From Phoronis australis (lineage: Eukaryota > Animalia > Phoronida): DNA of 64,000 nucleotides. Numbering within the stretch: position 1 is the stretch's first letter; the number at the start of each line of letters is the position of its first letter. Shown here piece after piece: positions 32,642 through 46,319 of this stretch. A model generated the notes under the pieces. The model was not told the origin of the DNA and ran no database searches. It worked only from the letters and a program-made list of their open reading frames with translations. Position numbers and translations under genes: made by a program. The stretch covers positions 254,402-318,401 of the forward strand of contig NMRA01000445.1 of the NCBI GenBank assembly GCA_002633005.1, in the 5' to 3' direction.

Positions 32642-35600
32642 TTCACATTTTGATTCTCATCTGCTTCCTGCTCATCATCACCACCATAGTCACTATCCTG
32701 CTGTGCATATGTCTCGTCTCCATCTTTCTCTGCATTCTCCGGATTCAGTAACATTTTCAAACCTTCTTTCTGCAACATTCAAAACCAAATACATCACTAA
32801 TTTCCTGAGCAGATGATAGATGTCCAGTTGGAAATGATTGCCATTTTCATATTGACACAAGTTCAGAGACCTTGCAGATGACATGACCTATTTGCCTCGT
32901 GGCTAAATTCAAACAGCTTTGTCATGCTGAATGGTATGTAGCCTTATTTGACATTTTATTCCAAGCTTGAATTCCATAGCACCATTATTCAACAGTGCTC
33001 AGTGAGCTTGAAAACGGCATGATGGCTAACGGTAAACCAGGTGTGTCAAAATATCTTGAATAAGTTTGTTGCACCAGCCACCTTTTCAATTGATTAAAAA
33101 TCGGACGATCGCTGCACAAATAAAAAAGTTCACGTTCAATCAAAGTTTCGTCTATTCATTAGTGAAGTGAGAGATAAAGGGAATAGTAAGTACTTACTAT
33201 TACCTATATCTCTCCTTTTATGGATGTTACCTGAACTATATGTTGGCACTTGCTGTCCTCTGTAAATATTATCCTGATGTCTAATGAATAGACAAAGTGT
33301 TGATTGAACACAAACTTTTTTATTTGTGCGGCGATCGTCTGGTTTTTAATCTTACTATGGCCAAAAACTGATTTAATTAACTTTTCAATTGAATTCCAAG
33401 TTTGGAAAAGCTTGCACATTGCTAGCCATAGATGTCCAAGCTTGAATAAATTTACTGGCCAGTAATATAATTCAAGCTTGTCCAGGGAATTCTGTAACCA
33501 AGCAAAACTCGTTTTCTTATCCTACACACGACATTCCTAGTGCAGTACATTCAATACACTAGTAAGGTTAGGCCCACCAACCTTAAATAAAATTGGCCAA
33601 GCTTGATAATACAATACTTTTCAATATTGAATAGCACTGTTCAAGCTCCAATAAGGCTGTGCACTTTGAGTTTGAGAAATCTTACCAATAACGATTATTC
33701 AACGACTGTAACACTCACCCTTTCGTACTCTCCACTCTGAATGTAATCAGTAATCATCTGTAGTTCATGTGGATTTCGACAGTCCCGCACTCGCGCTTTC
33801 AGACTTTCGATCTTATAGAACATCAGTAACTTCTTGTGCTCAATCTTGGCTATTTCGTTCTTGGTGTAGTCACACACTCTGGGAAAGCAAAAACGTTACC
33901 ACAGTTCAAAAAATTTAAACCAACAAAAAGAAAATCTTTAAACTGCTACGAATTAAAGTGAGGCTCTTACCTGTGTCAAAATTAGCATTAAACTGCAAGA
34001 CTTGTTGAAAAGCCTGTTTAAGAGGTCTAAATTCATTGTGAGGTTTCCAAGTCTTCACACAATGAAGTATAGACTTGAAATCCTCAACTTGGAAAGACGT
34101 AGAACTTTCTAGAATACTTACTAAGAACTTGGTACGGACAACACTTACTTCTGATACTCATTCTTCATCTGGTCCGAGAGCTGTAATGACTTGCTGATGA
34201 CTTGTCTGTAGGTCTCCCCATCTGGAGTGAAGGTTGTTAAGGCATGAACGTACAGATCATACACGCCTGCATTAGGTACTGATTTGTTGCACGATACACT
34301 CCCCCATTCAAATTTCCCTCCATTTTTGAGGTATTAAGATCACCCAGATATTAAGTGCTCTATTGTACATCGGTGTACACAAGTGAAGTCACCCCCATTG
34401 CATCGACATGCGTATTATTCCTTTTTTCTTTTGTTGTTAGTTAATCAATTTTCATGTTCAAACAATGAAAAGTTTTGATTTTCAATGACAAATTTGGGTG
34501 TTACTCATATAATAGTCCGCAGTATCTAAAACAATTTGGAAAGAATGTTGCCAACATCAGGCAGTGGCTGTCCCTGACACCCATCTCTGTCCCCTAATCC
34601 TGAATCAAAAGAGGTCGCTCATAAAAGTCCAGATGGTAAGTGGCTATTGTAATCCTGGTAAGAAGCATTCAAATAGTTCATGCCTCTAGGAAAATCAGAC
34701 GTTATACCGAATGACTGAATTGGGTCACTTATTGAGTAAAACACTCGCAAAAGCCAACTTCTGGTCATATCGTACCACAACAGAGTTCATTTTCACAAAA
34801 ATCCCATGGTAGTTCAAAATGTCCAATATAAAGACTAATTACAGGATTTTGTTCTGTTGGTGATAGTGGGTAATGAAGTTCAGAAGTTTCCTGGAAACGC
34901 TCCCACACACCTCCCAGGCCACTGCAAAGTGAATTGTTTTTTAACAATAGCAGGTATTAGAGAATCTATTGAAACGCTGTTATACTGTCTTAGTCGTTAC
35001 ATATCCGGCTGATTGTTCAGACATTTGCGAAGCAACTACAAGACAATAAAGGATATGGCCTCTTTGTGATCTCTGTACGAGTGACTTTCATGCCTATCTG
35101 GTCTAGTTCCTTCAACCGCCTCATGTGGAGATAGTGCTGCACTAGGGGACTGCGTCCCTGTACGTTGAACGTCACCCGCGAAAATTCTGCCCCTGGGCCG
35201 ACTTGGTGTGACTACAAATAATTAAAAGTAAACAGTCAAAATTTCCATCTCCTCATTGAGTCATCACAGTCCCTTGTGTATTTTTGTGCAATCGGAAGTC
35301 ATACCTCTGGATAGTATACAAAATTTCTGAATTCCGTACCAACCACTTCTGCTACAATATCATTCTCTAGTACATTTTGCCAACGAATCTTTGTTACGTC
35401 AAGATAGATTTCACACCTCCACACAGTGGGAGATATTGGTACATTAGCTTGCCCTAAAGCTTGTTGAAAACAGACTGGAGGAAAAGTTGAAGAAATCATG
35501 ACGAGCTCAGGCAAAAACAGACGAGAAGCATCGAAGCGCATCATTGACAAATTTTTGGAAAAGTGGTAAAATTTTACAATAAATATGCAATGTAAGGAAT

Positions 35601-38600
35601 TTCCAGTTTTCAAAAATATACAAGAAGGTTAAAATCTACCTCTTTGGCGTGCCTACGAGGCGTGCCACATTGAGCTTGGCGTGACACTGTCATTGTATCT
35701 ACCACCAGAGGGCCTGACACCGGTAATGAGGCCAGTGCCGTGGGCTGGCGCTGCGTAGTGGGTTCAAGAGGTGCTGTGCCCAGTCGACTGGTTGTGCCGT
35801 CTCCCATACGTTTGACTGCTGCCTGGAAACCCTCGATGTCCAAGTTGTTCTTTGCTGGAAAGTGATAACAACTCTTATTAATTATTTCAAGTGGAATTTT
35901 CAAATACATTTTGCATCTACGAGNACAAACAGATGACAAAAAGGAGCCAGAAGAGTCTAACTTTCACAAAAACTTCACTTTAAAAAGAATAGCCAGTTTT
36001 GTTCAGACTGATAAAAAGCCAGGCTGCATTCAGGTAAATTTGAATGTCCCAATTTTTCTACATTTCAATTACACAGAATTTTTTCCAAGAAAATCCAACA
36101 AGTACATGACTGATTGATGATGGATTTTGATCACTTAAACTACAAAGAATTTCAATCTTTTCTAGCCTCAATCAGTTGAACTGGACAGAACATTTTGGAG
36201 AAAAGTTCTGTGATAAACACTCACTGTTCACAAACATTTTTAAGTGTAGTCTACACGCCACCTGTTGGCCACATCACATGACCTAATGAACAAAAGTCTG
36301 ACTGGGATTTACATAATATTTAAACACTGACTGTATTTCACTTCACAAACCATACTGGACTGTTATTCTAGGAGATGGAATACAACCTCTATACGTTTGC
36401 CACTGAGCGTACAAAAAATGTCTGCCTTTGTTTACATACGTTCTTTGTTCAGTGCTGCCACCTGGATCATCTTCTGCTGAAGGTCATCCTCCTTCTTGGC
36501 AGCTTGACCTTTGAACTTTGGCTCCAAGCGACGGATATTCCATGCTTTAAAGGTTTGCGGAGGGGGCTTGATACCTGATCAAATGCATCAAAAGAGTAGA
36601 TTGACAAATGTATAAACATGCAATAACAAAAATAGGTAATTCTACTCACATTTAGACCTTCAGATGCAGGTAATTGGGCACCTGTCAGAAAGTTGCTTAA
36701 ATTTCAAATTTTAAGCACAGCAAGTATTTGTATCAATTGTATGGCAAAAATGCAATATACCTACATCAGCTTCTAACAAAGTTGAAATTTGTAAAATGTG
36801 GCTGGTTAGGATATAGTGTAACGCATGCATTGTGGCAAGAATTCCCCTGCAAATGCTTCACCACATGAGAGCACCAATCAGAAATACACCGTCCTTCTTA
36901 CAACACATCACGAGTGTTTGATAAATGATTAATATGTAAATCTTGGAAATATAGGTTGCAAACATTTTCCAGTTTGGTCTGCAGGCCAACAGGTGGCTTC
37001 CAGACCAGACTAAATGTTTGCGATGAGTGTTTGAATACCAGTATGTGATAATGAAACACCCTAAAATCATCAACCAAAGCAGCTTTTATGCAAGGAGAAC
37101 GTGAGCGCCACCTGTTATCCACTCGTGAACCATGTTACAGAGGTCCTGTTTGAAGTTGTCATCAAAGGCACTGTCGGACTCGGGGAAGGCTTCGTGGCAG
37201 GCGGCAAATATTGCTTGGGAGAGACAGTCACAGTACACCTGTAAAGAACAGACGAATTGGATGATTATTATTTGTACACTACAAGGTTATTATAGCCAAT
37301 TATGTTTCGCTTTAAGGTTAAGAGAGACTATGTTTGTGAGACCAACAAAAGAAAGTTATGGATAGGTTTTAATGATATTTCCAGGAGAGGTTGGAACTTC
37401 CCAAACGATCATTTGGTTAGATTTTTGTTAAAAACAAAATATATGTACATGAAAGAAAGACACCATTTAGTTCCAATAATGTGTCAGTGAACTGTCAAAC
37501 TGTAATATCAGCAAATACCAAACTTGACCATAAAAATAAAGCATTTACAATTATTGCATAATGAAGGTAAATTCAACATTTTAATTTGCAAATAAATGAT
37601 TCATTCAAGAGGAATCACGAGCTAGGCGAACTCGACGTGTTGGCGGAGGTCTACGTACTAAGACCTCTGTCTGATTTAGCTATTACTCCACCCACACAAT
37701 TGCAGTGTCGCCACGGTAACTGACAACAAGACGTACCGTGAAAAACTTGTCCTTGATCTCAGGATGAACACTGAGAAAGAGAGCATTGAAACTGTCTGCT
37801 ATTCTGTCGTACAGTCTGTTCTGGTTTTCTTTATTTATCACAGTCTTCTGCAAAAAAGAAATTGCGTAACTTGAGATTCACACCTGGAATAATTATTTCA
37901 TGGAATTATTTACATTGAATTATGCCCTGGAGTTTGGGGTCTGTTTCATAAAAAATGACTAAAGACTAAGAAATTTGGTCTTATGCATCACACAATCATT
38001 TCAGGAAAAAGATTCAATCTCACTTTTCATAGGAAAAGTACAAAATATTTGAGAATATACACAAAACTGCTAGTTACTGAGATAATTTCTCTTCTCACTA
38101 CGATGAGGTCATAATTAATAGGCTGAAATTTTATTTTCAGCAATCGTGAGGTGTGTGCATTACTAAGACAAAATTTCTGTCTCAAGATTTTTAAAAACAT
38201 TTTCATGAAACAAGATCCTGCAGTCATAAACTCCAGTCACACTGGGTATTGCAAAACTTAAAAACTTCTTAAAAATAACAGATTTAAAGTACTCCATTTG
38301 AGAATTTTCCTGCTCCTAAAATTTGTATAACATTATTTTTACGGTAACCATATTGCATTGCATCTTAACAAAATGCTGAAGTTCTCATTTTGTAGAATTC
38401 CTTCCAAAAATGGAAGCAATGATGTCGTTGAGACACCAATGTTTTTAAGACAATGTCTGGAAACTATGAATTTAAATAGTAAGATGATTATGTGGAATTT
38501 CACCACACAAACATTAAAATTGTTCGCCAACTCGAAGCAAGGTACATGCAGTTTTCAACAAATAAATTTATCAAACTTGGACAAATTCATGACAATAATG

Positions 38601-41600
38601 CTGAAAGGACAAAAAAACAACTATTACAGTCTAAACCATTAGAAAATGTAGCTGAAACTTTTTACTCCAAAATTTTGACGATTTTGAATGAACAATAAAT
38701 TTTCAATTTAAAAAAAAAAAAACAACGTAACCTAATACAAAAAAGTATTCCTTTGGATGTAAGACTGTTCCGTTACTTACATCGAATTTCTCAATATAGA
38801 ACCACCAAAACATGTCCTGCAGCATAGCAATTGAGGCTTCGGATAAGAAGGCTTTCTTCCAGAATCTACGGAAACCCGACTGAAAAAGACATAACAGCGT
38901 ATGTAACAACCAAACAACAGGAAGCCTCTGAGAGAGCACTTTGCAGTGTTTTGGGAGGACTGCAAATGCGCATCTATCAAGCACATAGCCTTTGAAATCA
39001 GCTGAGCACATTATACGTGTTGTCTGAGGCAAAGATTGTTACCTTAAAAACATTCTCTGAGTTCTTTGAAATCTGCAGTTTAAAGGTCATTATTAGTCAT
39101 CCATAGCAAGACCTCGTTGACTGACGCTTATGTCTGCATTCTAAATTAGATTGTTAGAGCTGATCAAGAGATAATGAGCCCTAAACGTTTTCTCAGAGTC
39201 TGTCTGTATTGAAATGAATGTGCTTCAAGACAGCTCAATAGGTGGTGTGAGTTCAGACGTACTTATATCGATCATGCAAATACTGAAACTGAATGTGTTA
39301 CAAGAATGTTACAACACTGACAAGTACACAGAAATTAGTAATTATAAAACCCCACAGGAAGTCGCATTTCCTTCACTGAAACAACAGGTTTCGAATTTTT
39401 CAAAAAGTACACGTTAAAGTCAACCCATGCAAAAAACTGTACATAACTGAAAGTAAGCCATAGCACATTTAAGATTCAGAATACGGAGAACTTGGCATAT
39501 ATTTCATTCTACAAATAACACAGACTGTACTTAACTGGAAGCAAACCGTCACTCAAAATGCAACAGTGCATTCAAGATTTCATAATAAGGAAAACATTAA
39601 GAGAACCAATTAAAACAACACAGACCAAATTCAGTGCTACTGATAAATGAACACTCAGAAATTCCAAAATGTTATCAAGTAAACAATTGAGACAAAATAA
39701 AATTTATAATTAAATAAAAACACAATTCATTGTTATTCCAGTTTTGTTGTACAATATTCAATTTAAGCACTACAACTGAAAAATTTGCTTAAAACATAAC
39801 TAGCGAAAGGAATGATAAATTATTAGCAGAAATAAAAGTACTGCAACTAAAACTTCCATGACGTGTACTATTCATTAATTGTTAACTATGACTTACCGAT
39901 ATATCGGGACGTTTCTATTAGAAGCAATGGTTAGGCAGTTAGAGTAGGTACATACATGCAGATGTTATCAAGTGTGCTCTTGAAGACTGAGTGCAGACTA
40001 AGTGCGAATTAAGTGTAAGTATGGATTAAGTGTGGACTAGAAGTCATTTAATCAGAAGCAGAGACTTAGTACAATACTCAAGATTTCAAGACGTGCAACT
40101 CTCATCCTTAAAGTATCCTTCTTGGTATTATTTGTCATACTTAGAGAAATATGACAATTACATAATATCTGCTCTGGTATAAAACCCTCAGGTTGAGATT
40201 AGGCAGCTCTAAAAACAAAGAGAGCTTATACCTAGAGGAGTCGACTGAAATCAGAAATTTGTGCTATGGGCTTGTATGACATGTTCGATAGATTTGGGGT
40301 CCAATTTTATACACAGTTTTGCGCTACCCCACCTTGCACAGGGTGAAAGCAAGAGAAGAGATTCATTTGACGTAAACTGACAGGTACAAAGGGGTTGGCT
40401 CATACCAGAGTAGGAGGGGCTTATATGTGAGATCACCGAAAAGGATATAGAATTATCTCCAAGGGTGGGCTTATACCTGAGCAGATATAATAGTGTGGTT
40501 TGGCAACATTTTGTTCAAACTTCAAGTTATTCAAAGAAGTGGACAAAGTCTTGTAGCATACAAAATGAAGAAGAATTATAGTAAAGGCAGCTTGGGCTGT
40601 GGAAGAGTGAGGGAACTAAGCTTTCAAAACAGTATTTGTCCACTATTTGACTATTTTGTAAACGGTATTTCTGAAGAGATTCAAACAACTAGGGGGTTCT
40701 CCACAAAGAAATGAGAGAGCCTCCAAAAAGTTGATTCCATAAAATGTAATACCTCGGCAGATGAAAAAATGGGTAATACCGAGATGAAATATTAAAAATA
40801 AATATTTCCATATCCAGCTTCCCAGAAACCATTAGACATTTTTAAACTATTTCGGATCAAAATTGAGAAATCTCAAAAATGCAATAAATGCCCCAACACA
40901 ACACCTGAAAATGCAGCATGCAAATTGAATAAATTATATAAATCTTAAACCCGCATGGAAATGTAGATCGCAAATTAGTCTGGTTAGCATGCCACCTGTT
41001 GGCAACATCCAAATTGATAAACAAATTGAAAGAATGCATGCACTACTATATTAACAACAAAGATAATCCTTACATTGAAGTCTTGTGCCTTTGTCACACG
41101 ATGTAGAATCATGGGAGCCTCTAACTGGCTAGGCAGCTCAGTCAACTCGCCCGGGCGAAAACCAGGATATTTACAGTAACCAGCTCTTCTCTTCTGTAAC
41201 TCAGCCAACTGTTCATGAAGGCTCTATAACACAAAAAAACAGGTCACAAACCTTCAATCTATGCTTATCATATATCTACCCTCACAGACAATATCAATTT
41301 GATTTAAATTACAACTGAGAATCGCAGATCATAGTTAATGTGTACTTGCCAGACTTCACATCCTCCATAATAACATACAACACTAGATCATAACAACATG
41401 TCAAGGCAGTGTGGCCTGGCGATAGAGCAACTACGTCCGGACTTAGAGAGAAAATTGACCTCTATCAAAAAACAACTTTTGGTTTAGGCCGGTACATTTG
41501 CTGTAGTTGTAAAATCATATCATCTTGTTCCTTTCTCAGGTTAGAAGAAATAACTTCCAAGGTTTAAAGCTTGAGAAGAAATGAATGAGTCATTATTGCT

Positions 41601-44600
41601 TCACACACTCGCCTGTTAACCTGCTGGTCATCAGGGTGGTAAACCCGCAAGCAGCAGCTGGGAACTGACGAAAGCCAAGAAAATGGTGAAATTCTTGGCA
41701 TGAGAAAAGCACTGAGTAGTTTTTAACCAAATCACATCAAGGATTACCGCATGTGGCGACACTGAGCTATTGCAAGATTGCCAGGAACAAGGGAAATGCT
41801 TCACTCAAAGCTGCTAAGTCATGTCACTTAAGAATGATAGAACAATAAATATCACTTGATGGATAGTATTGACGTATGCAGTGCAAAAGCATTTCATGAT
41901 GAAAAGTCTGCCTGAAAACACCTACCAAATTGGTGACATTTACTACAAAGATATGCGTAATAAAATTCTTAGTACAATAGAGGAATCCCTACATTGCGTT
42001 GATCATCCTTGCTTTACCCACATCTTACCATATCATCTTGTGAGCTTTTCTGTGCCTTGGCTAGATATTGTTCAGACAAGTCCTCTGAAAAATCACCAAA
42101 TACTAGACTGACAGAAATATTCTTTGGCCTGGAGTCAGGAAAACACACATCTGTGACAATTAAGCCATCTTGTTGAGCCGAGTAATTTAATTTACCAAAT
42201 TGTTTGTTCCGTGATCAACTTAAATCTGAACATCGAACAAGTTGAGAGCACTTTTAAAAAAGTAAAAAGTATATTAAAATAAAAAATTATTCCATTAAAT
42301 GAAGGCCGGTTCAAAACATCTTTGAGGTTAGTGATCTACAGCAGAATATATCGCAATCAAAAGAAACTGATTACTGAATGATCTGCTTTCTGGATTGGAT
42401 TCATGATTATTTTGGATTTTCTCTGTTTGACATTAGGTACAAAGCTTTAATCTAGCTATTTGCTCCCTCTTTTGTCGCGCCAAACAATTCAGGAGAGAAT
42501 TGAAGTCCTTACCAACAGGTGGTGCATGAAACAGTTTATTCTTCAACCTGGATGTTCTTTTGGTCTCTGATAGAATTTGATCAGAGTAGTGCCTTAGACG
42601 TGCTTCTAATGAAAGAAGTCGATGCTCACATTTGTCCAAAGCGGAAAGGTCAATGGCTGGGGCAAATTTTAAGGAAAGTTGAGCAGAAAAACTTTGTCAT
42701 TATGAACACAATAATTGCAAAATAAAATTCCTGGGATAAATTTTATCAGAAATGTAAAATGATAAGAAATATAATGTGCTAACAATAAGACATGCAAAAG
42801 ATTGATCCTCAAATGAATTTGAGATAGGATATTGCAGTAATACTCCTATGTATGTAGGATAACCTATTTATCCCATAAACATGAACTTGTCGACTGCATC
42901 GATTTGATATCTTGTTGCCATGTGCTTTGGCTTGTTCTTATATGTCATCATATACATGCCAAGTGTACCTGCGCCAGTAAAGGGACAGGATATCTTGTGA
43001 TGTTGAATGTCTAGTCTAATTAAAGTTTTATTCCGTAATAAATTTACGAAAATTTTCGATTTGTGAAAGCAAAATGACATAAAAGCAAGCGACAAAGGAC
43101 AGTTTGAAACTTTGAAATTAACCCCTGCAAGTGGAAACAGATAACAAAAAATAGAGCAACAAGCAAGTAACCCACATAGAAAACGTGTCGCTTTTAATAA
43201 CGAATGAAGTGAATAAAATATAACAAGAGCAATGTTGACGCTAAATAATTATTGTAATTGAAAAGGAGACATTTCAAGCATTGCTTTTTCTCAGAGAGTG
43301 TGAATTTCTCAGGTCTTGATGCCTTTTGAGAAAGAAACTGATCCAAACATTAGGCTTTTAATTACTATTTTATCTGATAACAATTATGCCATTGTCTAAT
43401 TAGGCCAAAAAAGCATAGTTGGAGGAGTTGTTTCAAGTCTCTACCCTGTCTCATTTTGAGAACACTCACCGACCAAAACAAAAAAATCCTGATGCATCAA
43501 TTATATCTAGGGCCTGGTGTGTCTTTGGCACGGAAGCAAGGGTAAGCATGGTTTGGAAAGCCATGATTTACTAAGTAAGGAAAAAACAAATCCGACATCA
43601 TTTTTGCTCATGTCAGCTGGATTTTCTTCTACAAAAAGTGAGCAACTAAAAGTAAATACCTCACCACCTCCTCAGATTTCAAATAAACAGAACCCAGAAT
43701 AAAACTATGCATTTTTGGCCTTCATGGGAGAAAAAGGCGCAGCAGCATGGTATGTTCACACTTGTGTAACTTGTCCTTGGTAACTTTGATAACAATGAAA
43801 TACTTTGACACTCAAGGATACGTGCAGCCTCTCTTAGTATAGTCTTGATCTCATCAGCTCCACCTACAGGCAGGTCATCCATCTCCAGGAAGTCTGGGTT
43901 GGGTACCTTCACACGCTCCATGTCTGGGAAGTCTGTCTGTAAAACAGATGAGATCAAGAATAGCATGTCAGCAAACAGTAGCTTACATGAAAACGTTAAT
44001 GATTATAAGGTTTGTTAATAAAAAGAAAGACTGTTACTATATCTGGACATAAAAACCCAAAACAGAACAGGTTAAGTCTGATGAAACCGAATGCATATTA
44101 ACTAATTTCAAATTAAAAGGACTGTGCACTGTCATGTAAAGCCATCAATCTGGCATTTTCTGAATTTCCTTTTAAGACCTTTATTTTATTTACTGAAGTG
44201 TTATAGAAGCGGTGGTTACAAAAATAATCACAATGCACATCCAAATTACATTACAGGCCAAAAGTTGGCCAAAAATAATTTGGAATTCTCTGTCATTATG
44301 GCTGGTAAGAAGCCAAACTCTTCATCAGAGTAGTATTCCCTCATGACCGAGAATGAAGGAGAGTTAACATTTCTTGTGGCTAACAGACTGAATTAATTGT
44401 CATGAGAGGACAGCGGTACTTTTTATGATTACTTTTGATTTGTATACTGAACATGTTTTCGTCAACAGATAATCAGTAAACTAGGACAAAACGAGTTTGG
44501 GCTTTTTGGATACACAAAATGATGTCTACAAATACTGACCTTACCATTGTAAATCTGTGGAACATTAGAAAAGTTAAGGTAATAGGCTTACCTTCATTAT

Positions 44601-46319
44601 CAAGCATAAAATTTCTTAACAATTACTTAATATAAAGTAGCCTATTACCTCAATGCGCCTTGCTACTGAATTTTTTCAATCCCCTTCTCATAGATACAAG
44701 TGGACACAAGTCTTAAAACGGTAGTTGTGCTTGTTATTCACAGGGCTCAACACTAACGATTGCCCGATTGCCCGTGTACATTTAGATTTTGCGTCGGGCA
44801 AGTGGAATTTGAAAAGTACTTGCCCGATGGGCAAGTTAAAAAGCTAGCTGCATAGGCAAGTAGATTCTAAGATTGTCTGCTCGACATTTGCTCCAAAGTA
44901 ACGAACCCCGACACAAGCCTAAAAACCGTCGAAAAAGCCCGTGGCCGTCAAAGAAACTCCCGTCTTCGAATGAGCACCGAAAGGAAAATAGGACGAGTGT
45001 GAAGCAACGTGCACAGATGACGCTCGCGGTCAAATCCATTCGATTCTCTAAACGTGCCTGCAGTTTCTGAATAAGTTGTCACGTGATGCTACTGATCGTC
45101 TGCACTCTGGCAAAACGTCTAAACATGGAAGCCGTCCAGGCCTGGACGGCATTGGTTTAGTTGCTAAAAACGAGTTCAGGAAGAATCAAAGCAATAATAT
45201 GAAACGAAAAGTGTGGGTAATGGGTTCCGTCATGGGAAATTATGTTTTCTGGCCTGCGAGACAGTGAACAAGGGATGACTTTTGATTTTTGCCGGCGTTT
45301 ACCTATGTACAGCTGGAAGCACCACGTTCATCAGCGGATGTAAGTCATGCAGATAAGCGCAAAAGCTAAAAAGTGAATGATTGACGACATATTATCTACA
45401 CTACACAGCAGTTTAAAAGGCCTGGTATTTATTCAGGGGGAATTCCAAAGGACATTCTTTATGAATTCCCGGCTCCCGGAGGCGACTCCCGAAAGAAGAG
45501 GAATACGGTCTTCGGGATTGCCGCTCTGAAGTCTGAAGGGTGACTTTTTCGCGGTCTATCTATTTTTCAAAAATGTAATTATTTATTGAAAATAAAAGTA
45601 TATGTGGCATTATTATATGTTAAATTTTGATTTTAATTTAATACAAGCTACCGATGACCAAAACTGTGCAAGATTTTTACGGATAGCAAAAATGAAATTC
45701 AGGTTAGCAACAACTCAAGTTTAATGCATGAGGGCGTATAAACAAAATACACAGAAGTGTCCAGAGTTCATGCCCTAGCTCATTTCGGCGCCTGTGAACG
45801 AGTGACAGTGGTTCAGATACCATAGTTACTCTTCTAATTTGTCTCTCTAGTGTTTTGACACACCTTATAAATAAATGTTCTATACGAAGAATCGTTAAAA
45901 AATAGCAACTCGTGTATATAGCGTGCACAACACAAGAGGAGGCTCAGCACAGGCAGCCCTATGGTAACACATTACCTAGGTGTGCGCATGCACCGTGCTA
46001 TTTGGGATTGTACTTGGAGCAAGTGAATTCGTTGTTCGGGCAAGTAAAAATTTCAACTACTTGCCCGAAGGGCAAGTGGCTTAAAAAGTTAATGTTGAGC
46101 CCTGATTCATATCCACTGATGCAAATAATACACATTTAAATACTACAAAAATGGTCCACTTACCATGCCTGTCATTGACAAGAAAGCTTCCAGAGTTGTA
46201 GGTCTTTTGGGCTTTTTGGTCAGGTCTGCATCAGATTCGTCTTCCGTAGCGACAGGAGCGCTCTCTATCTTCCTCATAACTTCGATGAGCTTGGGGTCAA
46301 GCAACGCATTGGGGTTCAT
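32638..46319 (-). CDS. FAM227B: FAM227-family (FWWh domain) protein, FAM227B-like (14 coding exons, 610 aa)
   Basis: Exons 5'->3': 46319-46164, 43936-43822, 42656-42513, 42084-42029, 41223-41074, 38879-38781, 37847-37737, 37238-37112, 36574-36440, 35854-35640, 35211-35057, 34226-34149, 33878-33719, 32769-32638 (1833 nt, open frame). Motifs YPGFRPGELTELPSQLE, SEASIAMLQDMFWWFY, QNRLYDRIADSF, DCLSQAIFAACHEAFPES, GPGAEFSRVTFNVQGRSPLVQHYL match the FAM227/FWWh family as I recall it. A versus B assignment is tentative. Confidence 0.85.
33093..33350. mobile_element. MITE with about 70-bp inverted arms
   Basis: GATTAAAAATCGGACGATCGCTGCACAAATAAAAAAGTT...TATTCATTAG mirrored at 33282-33350. Confidence 0.75.
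34227..35056 (-). other. U12-type AT-AC intron in FAM227-like gene
   Basis: 5' site AGGCC|ATATCCTTTA; branch GCCTTAAC (34236-34243) followed by AACCTTCAC|; joining keeps the frame (TKRP-PDGETYRQ); read-through meets TAG within a few codons. Confidence 0.9.
42657..43821 (-). other. U12-type GT-AG intron in FAM227-like gene
   Basis: 5' site GCAC|GTATCCTTG; branch TTTCCTTAA about 12 nt before CCCCAG| with no real polypyrimidine tract; phase 1. Confidence 0.82.
44741..46104. mobile_element. Non-autonomous hAT-like DNA transposon, 1364 bp, in FAM227-like intron
   Basis: 17-bp TIR CAGGGCTCAACA(C/T)TAAC (16/17 match); repeated subterminal TTGCCCG/CGGGCAAG at both ends; ATTCA direct repeat at 44736-44740 and 46105-46109; no transposase ORF. 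Confidence 0.88.
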
